Source of the DNA: Okeania sp.
GTDB lineage: Bacteria > Cyanobacteriota > Cyanobacteriia > Cyanobacteriales > Microcoleaceae
NCBI RefSeq assembly: GCF_035285525.1
Contig: NZ_JAYKGW010000131.1
Span: 1-13,602 of the forward strand
DNA length: 13,602 nucleotides
Direction of reading: 5' to 3'
How positions within the stretch are numbered: position 1 is the stretch's first letter; each line of letters opens with the position of its first letter. Below the pieces are notes generated by a model. The model saw nothing but the letters and a program-made list of their open reading frames with translations. It ran no database searches and was not told the origin of the DNA. The position numbers and the translations under genes were made by a program. Positions 1 to 6,483 of the stretch are shown here, piece by piece.

Positions 1-258
1 CTTTTTCCCAAGAAAGAAGTCTAAACCAAAACTGTAACGTTATAGTTTTTGAGAATTTACCAATAAAGATTTACTCAACCAAATTTGAGAATAATCTTTT
101 CATCTTTTTCCCAAGAAAGAAGTCCGAACCAAAACTGTAACGTTATAGTTTTTGAGAATTTACCAATAAAGATTTACTCAACCAAATTTGAGAATAATCT
201 TTTCATCTTTTTCCCAAGAAAGAAGTCCGAACCAAAACTGTAACCTTATAGTTTTTGA
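1..258. repeat. Tandem direct repeat, 103-bp unit x 2.5 copies (1-103, 104-206, 207-258), truncated by the window edge
   Basis: Direct comparison of the copies. Copy 1 vs copy 2 differ only at gtctaaacc vs gtccgaacc. Copy 3 has gtaacc instead of gtaacg and diverges after gtttttga at 259. The whole unit is repeated, not a repeat-plus-unique-spacer pattern. Confidence 0.95.
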
Positions 259-274
259 ATGATATAAAATCCCC

Positions 275-1822
275 CTATTCATTTACTCCTACTTTAATCA
301 GACACTGTGGATTTTCAACTTGCTTTCTAGGACGTTGAGTACGCAACAAACCAATATTGCTAGTCAATATAAAACTAGCAAAACTAGCGATCGCTATAAT
401 CGGAATTATTGATGTATCAGATAAAACACTCAAAATAATCGAGGTACTAATCGGAGTTTTAGTAATTGCTACATTAATAGCAGCCATGCAACATAACATC
501 GCAATAGTTGGATGTACCCCTGGAATACCTAAACTAATAGCTAACCCTAAACTTGCTCCCGTAAAAAATAGGGGAAAGATAAAACCACCTCTAAATCCAC
601 CATGAATAGTTAAAGTAATAGCTATCATTTTAGCCAAACAAATTCCCAGTAACATCATAACCGTAAATGTAGCAGCTGGTTCAATTAACTGAGTTTCAAT
701 TTGTTGCTCACTAAAAAAAAGAGTTTGGGGATATAAAACAGCCAACCAACCAATACCAAATCCTCCCAAAATTCCTCGCAAAATATGCCTATTTTCAATA
801 GGTTCAATGGCAAACTGTATAAGTCGAAAAATTCCAATAAACAAAATTCCAGCTAAAGCACCAACTATTCCTAAAATTCCAGCTTCCAAAAGACTTAACC
901 AACTCAAAGCAGGAATAGCATCAAAATAGTCAAAGCGATAGATACCGCCAATTTCTAACCCAGTGCCAAAGCGAAACACGCCAAAACTAAAAATTCCGGC
1001 CACAACCGCTGGAATAATTGCTTCGTAATACTGAATCCCCCGACGATGGGGAATCTCCAGAGCAAACAATGGGCCTCCTACAGGATCCCCAAAAAATGCT
1101 GCTAATGCTGCCCCCATACCACAAAATGTCAAAATTCGCGTTTCTTTTAGACTTAAATTAAGTTTATCAGCAATCCAACTTCCAAAACTGCCATTAATTT
1201 GTACCAAAGGTGCTTCAGGTCCTAAACTGCCACCAGCAGTAATTGATACTAAAGAAGTAGCAATCATTCCTGGAGTTTGATTTGGTTCCAAGCGACCAGG
1301 ATCGTGAATTTTATCAATTACTTTTGCCATTTCTCCTGGTTGACCAAAGAAATGGAGACATAAACCAACACCAAGTCCGCCAATTGTTGATATTATCCAA
1401 GTATAGTTCCATGCTGGTAGCCAGTCTGGAAAAATTCCTGTGAAGTAGTGCTTCCCTATTTCCCATACCAACTCCAAAAAGTTTTCTAAGACAAAGTAGT
1501 AAACTGTAGCAACTAATCCTCCTATAATACCAACAGCACTGGTATAAAGTAGAACTTTTGAGTATAATAGCTCATGGGTTTGACTGCTCAGTTCTAGTTC
1601 GTTGTCTTGAAAATTTTGGTTGTCCATACTAAAGAAAGGATTTTGAATTTCCTTTTGAATCAAAATGTTACGAATGAGACCAAATACCAATACAAAAAAG
1701 CCTATCAAGAAGATAGAAACAAAAATACCCATTGTAGTCACAAAAATGATTACTTGTTTCCTGCTACTCAAAGATTTGTAGCTATACTTGTTATAGTTGA
1801 TGGGAGGTATTACCCTCCGCAC
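275..1822 (-). CDS. ClC-family voltage-gated chloride channel / H+-anion antiporter homologue (no CBS domains)
   Basis: 515-codon ORF, highly hydrophobic throughout. ClC hallmarks: GSLGPEAPLVQ (gating-Glu motif, cf. GREGP), GMGAALAAFFGDPVGGPLFALE, and GGFIFP (GxFxP). The start is uncertain: the GTG at 1822 lies inside the predicted intron domain VI, and the first ATG is at 1732. Confidence 0.9.
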   Translation of the reverse strand: MRRVIPPINYNKYSYKSLSSRKQVIIFVTTMGIFVSIFLIGFFVLVFGLIRNILIQKEIQNPFFSMDNQNFQDNELELSSQTHELLYSKVLLYTSAVGIIGGLVATVYYFVLENFLELVWEIGKHYFTGIFPDWLPAWNYTWIISTIGGLGVGLCLHFFGQPGEMAKVIDKIHDPGRLEPNQTPGMIATSLVSITAGGSLGPEAPLVQINGSFGSWIADKLNLSLKETRILTFCGMGAALAAFFGDPVGGPLFALEIPHRRGIQYYEAIIPAVVAGIFSFGVFRFGTGLEIGGIYRFDYFDAIPALSWLSLLEAGILGIVGALAGILFIGIFRLIQFAIEPIENRHILRGILGGFGIGWLAVLYPQTLFFSEQQIETQLIEPAATFTVMMLLGICLAKMIAITLTIHGGFRGGFIFPLFFTGASLGLAISLGIPGVHPTIAMLCCMAAINVAITKTPISTSIILSVLSDTSIIPIIAIASFASFILTSNIGLLRTQRPRKQVENPQCLIKVGVNE

Positions 1823-1828
1823 CTCTAC
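1793..1828 (-). ncRNA. Group II intron domain VI-like hairpin with candidate branch-point A
   Basis: Minus strand reads GUAG-A-GGUG-C-GGAGG-GUAAUA-CCUCC-CAUC-AA-CUAU. This gives three stacked helices with an unpaired AA on the 3' strand, 7-8 nt from the proposed 3' splice site. Confidence 0.6.
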
Positions 1829-1832
1829 TTCA

Positions 1833-1867
1833 GAATCGGACGTGCGACTTTCACCGCATCACGGCTC
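1833..1867 (-). ncRNA. Group II intron domain V
   Basis: Minus strand reads GAGCCGUGAUGCGGU-GAAA-GUCGCACGUCCGAUUC. It has the AGC triad at nt 2-4, a 5-bp upper helix capped by a GAAA tetraloop, the 2-nt AC bulge on the 3' strand, and a lower helix with one C*A mismatch and one extra U. Confidence 0.8.
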
Positions 1868-3245
1868 CTAGCAGTCTGTGGTAACATCTCAGTTATAGAC
1901 AAAATCCGTTGATTAGGACTAAACCGGGTCAAGGTTTAGTTGTTCCTCATCTTCCACGGTCTCAGTCAGCGAGTGCCTTTGGCCTACTGCCTTGGGGTTA
2001 CTTACCTATGTGTCGTCTTGCGCTCGACTTTCGCCTGGGCAATTTTAGGCTAAAGGTTTTTACCCTGCACCCATAGACTTAGGAAACTTCACTCTAAGGT
2101 GTCTAAGCATCATCACCCTTCCTTTGAGGTTTCTTGACTGCCGGGGATAATTTCGTTCCCCCATCCTACCCGATAGCAAGATTTCCGAGCTTTCCTCCTA
2201 CTGACCAACTAACCTGCTTTGGTCAAACTTGCTTATCGTTTTTCCTCGTTCCGAATTACAGATTGTTTTGACGGTTTAGGGCTATCCCATTAATTCGCCT
2301 ACACAATCCCCAGGGATGCGTCTAACTATCAAATTTGACGCGGGGATGCTCGTGTGTTGTCAGGACACTTTTGGAGTGACTCCTTGCCAGGAAGTAAGAC
2401 ACTTTTTCAGGACATTCCGCCCCGGTACCCATGCCGTCTCCCCATCACCCCCAGTGTGCCTATCACCCTTAGCTCTGGTTGAGACCTGATACCAGCTTCA
2501 CTCTGCTAGTGGAAAAGGTCTAGCTCGGTGGGCCAGGTCGGGAGTCCGTTGTCCCCTAACGGGCTGGATTTTCACCAGCATCCGTAACTCAGTTATCACT
2601 ACAAGGCTCTTCTTTGGTGGCCTCGCGTTGGCAGGCTCTTCCTCCATGGCCTTGTTAGACCCTATTCATACCGCTCTAGTTGCTAGAGGCTCCTAATAGA
2701 AACGAGTCGCACTTGACATCTTCCTGAAACAGGTCTTGAGATTCTGTTCAGAATAAGCAAACTTTTCTATGGAACTATGAAATGGTCTATTGTAATAATT
2801 TAGAATTTAGAATTGAAGCAACTATTCAGGTGGAGGGGTTGACAAATAATCATATTTATGTTTTTACTACTTTCCATAAACCTTTTAGTCTGATTTATAG
2901 ATTCTTTAGTATCCTTAGATATAGTTTTTGGTTTTGAAACACTGACTATGCACAAAATCAAGAATAATGCAATCCCAATATCTGAATACTTACGGTCTAT
3001 TTAACAACAAAAGATAAATTAGACATTTCCAGAAATAATAAATCAAATCAATTATCGTACAGAAATTATCAATTTTTTCTTCCTATCTATTGCCTATTCC
3101 CGATATTTAGGGTTTGTTGATTAAAGATAAAAGTCTTTATGTATAAAAGTAAGTGCCTTTTCTAGTTGTGAAATAGTACCATATCTTCCCCTTATAAGGC
3201 CAAAAAAGTGTAGGTCATCTACAACTCCTTATTCCTCTAGACTCT

Positions 3246-3269
3246 GTAGGGACGTTGCATAGTCCCTAC
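3246..3269 (-). terminator. Perfect 8-bp hairpin (GTAGGGAC N8 GTCCCTAC) downstream of the gltA stop; possible terminator built from STRR-like sequence
   Basis: The stem was read directly and lies about 55 nt past the gltA stop. No U-run follows on either strand, so terminator function is doubtful. Confidence 0.3.
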
Positions 3270-3323
3270 CTACTCCCTACAAAGATCAAAAAGACTTCCC
3301 ATAAACAAACCCTATCTAAATAT

Positions 3324-4466
3324 TTAACGTTTTTCAGCAGGAGTATAATCAACATTATGAGATCCTGTATAAATTTGTGTAGGACGGAAAATACGATTAA
3401 CTGCCAATTGTTCTTTCCAGTGAGCTAACCAACCAGCTACACGAGCAATAGCAAATATAGGTGTAAATAAATCGCTAGAAATACCTAATTTGCGATAAAC
3501 TAGACCAGAATAAAAATCTACATTTGGATAAATTCCTTTGTGCCCTAGTCTTTCCTCTACAACCTTTTCTATCTCTAAAGCTATCTCATAATATTTGTCG
3601 TATCCAAACTTTTCAAATAACTCTACTGCTAATGCCTGAAGAATAACTGCTCTTGGGTCTTTAACCTTATAGACTCGGTGACCAAAACCCATAATTTTTG
3701 CCTTAGTCTCAAAACATTTTTCTAGATATGGTCTAACATTTTCTACCGAACCTATTTCAGATAACATACTGATTACATCTTCATTTGCTCCTCCATGCAA
3801 TGGACCTGCCAAAGTTCCTACTGCTGAAGCTATAACACCGTAGGGATCAGTCAAAGTAGAAGATGTTACCATTGCTGAAAATGTAGAAGCATTAATAGTA
3901 TGTTCAGCATGGAGAGTCAGACAAATATCAAATACTTTTGCTGCTAATGGATCCGGTTCCTTTTCATTAATCATATACAAAAAGTTAGCTGCATAATCCA
4001 AATCATCTCTTGGTTTAACAGGATCGTCACCTTTACGCATTAACTCAAAGGCAGCTACCATCGTCGGTATATTAGCAAGTAGCCTGACCACTGCTGTCCT
4101 AATATATTCGGGATTATCAAGGGCACGACGAGAATAAAATAAACCCAGAGCTGCTGCTGAAGTCTGTAGAGCATCCATAGGGTGTCCAGTTTCTGGGAAA
4201 CATTTCATCATGTCCCTAATTCTATATTTAATTCTTCTATTATCGCGAATCTCTTGCTCAAAGCTTTCTAATTCTTTTTTGCTAGGAAGGTTGCCCCAAA
4301 TTAATAAATATGCTGTTTCGAGAAAAGAACTTTCTTTGGCTAATTTTTCTATATTAATGCCTCGGTATTCCAATATCCCTTGTTGTCCATCGACGTAGCT
4401 GACACTTGATTGGGTAGCGGGAACACCTTCTAAACCAGGCTTGTATTCGATGCAGACGACGGACAT
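3324..4466 (-). CDS. gltA: Citrate synthase
   Basis: 380-aa ORF with the citrate synthase signature GFGHRVYKVKDPR, plus GPLHGGANE and LTLHAEH active-site contexts. An AAGGAG Shine-Dalgarno lies upstream of the ATG. Confidence 0.95.
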   Translation of the reverse strand: MSVVCIEYKPGLEGVPATQSSVSYVDGQQGILEYRGINIEKLAKESSFLETAYLLIWGNLPSKKELESFEQEIRDNRRIKYRIRDMMKCFPETGHPMDALQTSAAALGLFYSRRALDNPEYIRTAVVRLLANIPTMVAAFELMRKGDDPVKPRDDLDYAANFLYMINEKEPDPLAAKVFDICLTLHAEHTINASTFSAMVTSSTLTDPYGVIASAVGTLAGPLHGGANEDVISMLSEIGSVENVRPYLEKCFETKAKIMGFGHRVYKVKDPRAVILQALAVELFEKFGYDKYYEIALEIEKVVEERLGHKGIYPNVDFYSGLVYRKLGISSDLFTPIFAIARVAGWLAHWKEQLAVNRIFRPTQIYTGSHNVDYTPAEKR

Positions 4467-4470
4467 GACG

Positions 4471-4476
4471 CTCCTT
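4471..4476 (-). promoter_or_regulatory. Shine-Dalgarno (AAGGAG) for gltA
   Basis: Minus strand reads aAAGGAGcgtcATG, a 4-nt spacer to the start codon at 4466. Confidence 0.5.
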
Positions 4477-4566
4477 TTGAGTTAAAAATGTGAATATATC
4501 TAAAAATATATTATTAAGTATTTTTGTTATGTTATTTTTTTTACAAAAATCAATTAATAATTATGA

Positions 4567-5067
4567 TTAATCCAGTATAAATCTTGGTGGTGTTAACCAA
4601 AACATTTGACTATTGCCTACTGGTGAACCAACTTCTGGTAAGGAAATACCTATTACGCCTGCTTTTTTGAGTATTAATACTTCTCTGGTTTCTCCCCAAA
4701 TTAGAATTTCTGCCCAATTTGCTAAGTCTGGTTGATGGCCTACTAGAGCTAATTCTCTATTTTTTTGAGGTGGCCATGTTTCTAGCCATTGTAGCCAAAG
4801 ATTAATATCTCCATCAGGGGCCAGGGGTGAAAATTCTTCTACTTTGGGACTTAATTTATGAGCTTGCAGAATTTTAGCTGTTTGATTAGCTCTAACTAAG
4901 GGACTGGTAAGAATTAGGTGGAAATGAAGACCTAGTTGGTTTAATTTTTGAGCAATTTTGTGGGTTTTGCGATCGCCTATTTCTGTTAAAGGACGTTCTG
5001 CATCTGTAGGACAATCTTCTCTACCAGCGGCAATACCGTGACGAATAAAATAAATATTTGTAGTCAT
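4567..5067 (-). CDS. sixA: Phosphohistidine phosphatase, SixA type (histidine phosphatase superfamily)
   Basis: 166 aa. RHG motif at the N-terminus (IYFIRHGIA), SPLVRANQTA and LVGHQPDL. Size and motif order are typical of SixA. Confidence 0.8.
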   Translation of the reverse strand: MTTNIYFIRHGIAAGREDCPTDAERPLTEIGDRKTHKIAQKLNQLGLHFHLILTSPLVRANQTAKILQAHKLSPKVEEFSPLAPDGDINLWLQWLETWPPQKNRELALVGHQPDLANWAEILIWGETREVLILKKAGVIGISLPEVGSPVGNSQMFWLTPPRFILD

Positions 5068-5073
5068 ATTTTT

Positions 5074-5106
5074 AGGGAGTAGGAAGTAGGGAGTAGGGAG
5101 TAGGGA
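5074..5106. repeat. STRR-type heptamer array, GGGAGTA x about 4.5
   Basis: agggagtaggaagtagggagtagggagtaggga read directly. The same heptamer recurs at 6252-6277 and as its reverse complement at 3270-3280 and 5648-5657. Confidence 0.9.
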
Positions 5107-5620
5107 ATAATGGATAATTGATAATGAAGTAGTTAGATAAAGATCAAGAGACAGTTATTACTCTTACTTCTCTGTTTTCCCATCCTTGTCATACTTCTCG
5201 TCCTGCTCAAACTCTGCTTTTTTCAGGGAGTCTTAAGTAGGGTTTGCGCTCAAAAGTCTTATGGGTAAGGGTAGAAAACAGAAGGCAGAAGGAATGGGAA
5301 TTATAGAATAATAGGAATATCCTTATGCAATGTCCGTACAGAAGAATCGTCCCTTGATTTTCTTGCCCTATCTTGACCAAAATCCTAGATTGATTTTTCG
5401 GGAACCGTACCATTACCAGCTAAAAGCTGGTACTTTATTAGTACCTGAAAAGGCTCAAACCTTTACTTATCAAAACTTTGATATTTCCATACGCCAGCCC
5501 TAAGTGATTTTACCAGACTACTATCACTCTTTTTCCTTTCGCCTCATCTCCTTACTACACTGTTTCATCTTAATAGATGTAGGTTGGGTTTAGGGACGAA
5601 ACAAGGGCAACAATCTTTCT

Positions 5621-5657
5621 CCCCCAGTCCCCCAGTCCCCCAGTCCCCTACTCCCTA
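5621..5657. repeat. STRR-type heptamer array, CCCCAGT x 3, followed by CCCCTACTCCCTA
   Basis: cccccagtcccccagtcccccagtcccctactcccta read directly. CCCCAGT matches the STRR1 heptamer of heterocystous cyanobacteria as I recall it. Confidence 0.9.
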
Positions 5658-5664
5658 ATTCTGA

Positions 5665-5699
5665 TACAAAAAACCCTGCACTGAAATAGGCAGGGTTTT
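5665..5699 (-). terminator. Rho-independent terminator directly after the HNH gene stop (bidirectional shape)
   Basis: CCCTGC/GCAGGG stem, extendable by A-U pairs to about 10 bp, with a 10-nt loop. On the minus strand a run of 6 U follows; on the plus strand TTTTC follows. Confidence 0.7.
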
Positions 5700-6203
5700 C
5701 TACATACCAATCACATATTTTTGCCATTCTTTGTTTTTACCACTTTTAACGTATTTAGTCAATTCAAAATACAGGCTACTATGGGGTTTTCGAGGCCGAC
5801 AATGCAAAGCCATATTAGCCTCTTTTGGTGTACGACTTCCTTTGCGGACATTACAACTCACACAAGCAGTCACAAGATTTTCCCAGGTATCTGCACCACC
5901 ACGCGATCGCGGTATTACATGATCTATGGTCAAATTATCACCCGTATAATTACAGTATTGACAAGAATGACTATCTCTGTGCATAATATTTCGGCGTGTT
6001 AAAGGAATATCTTTATAAGGAACTCGGACATAGTAGCGCAGTCGGATGACTGTAGGTAGGGGAATATTAGGAAGGATATACACCCCTTTGTGTTCAATTT
6101 GCTCCGCTTTATCTTTGAGCAACAAGACGATCGCTCGTCGCCAACTCGTGATATTGAGCGGTTCATAAGAAGCGTTCAACACTAAAACATTGGCCATTGA
6201 CAT
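5700..6203 (-). CDS. Small stand-alone HNH endonuclease family protein
   Basis: 167 aa. C-terminal HNH/zinc-finger module: HSCQYCNYTG...IDHVIPRSRGGADTWENLVTACVSCNVRKG. The N-terminal 70 aa or so (VLVLNASYEPLNITSWRRAIVLL) have no assignable function. Confidence 0.85.
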   Translation of the reverse strand: MSMANVLVLNASYEPLNITSWRRAIVLLLKDKAEQIEHKGVYILPNIPLPTVIRLRYYVRVPYKDIPLTRRNIMHRDSHSCQYCNYTGDNLTIDHVIPRSRGGADTWENLVTACVSCNVRKGSRTPKEANMALHCRPRKPHSSLYFELTKYVKSGKNKEWQKYVIGM

Positions 6204-6251
6204 TTCTGAAAAGAGAATTTTTGATCACATATTAGCACAATTAATATATTT

Positions 6252-6277
6252 AGGGAGTAGGGAGTAGGGAGTAGGGA
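6252..6277. repeat. STRR-type heptamer array, GGGAGTA x about 3.5
   Basis: agggagtagggagtagggagtaggga read directly, in the divergent HNH/alr spacer. Confidence 0.9.
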
Positions 6278-6468
6278 TTAGAAGGAAACCTTAGAAGTTT
6301 CTTTAAGAAACCGGGTTTCTGGGTAGGTTGGGACATTTAATAAATGCTCAAACTTAGTCAAAGATTAATGCATAAATTTTTAATTTTTAATTTTGACTTG
6401 CGCCCTACAGCCTGAATTTTGCCAATTTATGGAGTAATTGTTTTAATGAATAAAAAATTTAACTGATT

Positions 6469-6474
6469 GAGGAG
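6469..6474 (+). promoter_or_regulatory. Shine-Dalgarno (GAGGAG) for alr
   Basis: ttGAGGAGtgacggaaaATG, a 9-nt spacer to the ATG at 6484. Confidence 0.5.
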
Positions 6475-6483
6475 TGACGGAAA

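Larger units (their letters stand above)
1790..2712 (-). mobile_element. ORF-less group II intron (about 923 nt; 3' boundary approximate)
   Basis: There is no ORF of 60 aa or more on either strand, and the block is GC-richer than its flanks. The minus strand starts GTGCGAC (2712..2706, GUGYG consensus). Domain V is at 1867..1833 and a domain VI hairpin at 1828..1793, with unpaired A residues 7-8 nt before a possible ...CUAUAAC 3' end. There is no reverse transcriptase/maturase ORF in the domain IV position. Confidence 0.8.

Noticed and set aside
1-258. CRISPR array interpretation of the regularly spaced repeats at the window start
   Set aside because: The whole 103-bp unit is duplicated, so the would-be spacers are identical between copies. 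There is no repeat/unique-spacer alternation and no cas genes nearby.
357-605. Shadow ORFs antisense to or overlapping confident genes (357-605+, 4210-4398+, 5721-6002+, 5731-5922+, 6650-6874-, 8727-8918+, 8873-9151+, 9368-9550-, 9523-9774-, 10608-10790+, 11599-12012-, 11629-11826+)
   Set aside because: Each overlaps a motif-supported CDS on the other strand or frame, or spans repeat DNA. The translations are low-complexity with no motifs.
1820-1822. GTG at the top of the ORF as the genuine ClC start codon
   Set aside because: It lies within the domain VI helix of the predicted intron. The open frame there is most simply a read-through artefact, so I kept it only as the maximal ORF limit.
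1842-1848. GTGCGAC on the plus strand as the 5' end of a plus-oriented group II intron
   Set aside because: This is simply the complement of the GUCGCAC segment of the minus-strand domain V. There is no plus-oriented domain V (AGC...GNRA...) near 2700, so the minus orientation explains both ends.
1607-1912. 101-aa plus-strand ORF overlapping the ClC start and intron domains V and VI
   Set aside because: It is antisense to a strongly supported CDS and a structured RNA, the sequence is low-complexity and junk-like, and I recognise no motif.
2072-2084. CCUAAG-UC-UAUGG (minus strand, 2084..2072) as an 11-nt GAAA tetraloop receptor within the intron
   Set aside because: The two receptor halves are only 2 nt apart, so they cannot form the required opposing strands of a helix. 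This is probably coincidental, so I did not use it as evidence.
1790-2712. HEARO/omega-RNA-like guide RNA linked to the HNH gene, or a fluoride riboswitch upstream of the ClC gene
   Set aside because: The HNH protein is only 167 aa with no RuvC domain and lies 3 kb away. The RNA block shows group II hallmarks instead. I see no crcB-motif-like sequence between the intron and the ClC coding region.
4467-4566. GTA-N8-AAC NtcA-like half-match in the gltA upstream region
   Set aside because: Only one half-site matches, in an extremely AT-rich region, so it cannot be distinguished from chance.
5207-5413. 68-aa minus-strand ORF in the sixA/HNH spacer
   Set aside because: Odd composition (FLLFYNSHSFCLLFS), no Shine-Dalgarno and no recognisable domain. 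It sits in repeat-rich spacer DNA and is probably non-coding.
5430-5444. NtcA-binding-site-like palindromes (GTA-N-TAC) at 5430-5444 and 3210-3222
   Set aside because: The spacing is N9 and N7 respectively, not the N8 of the NtcA consensus GTAN8TAC, and no appropriately placed -10 box is evident.
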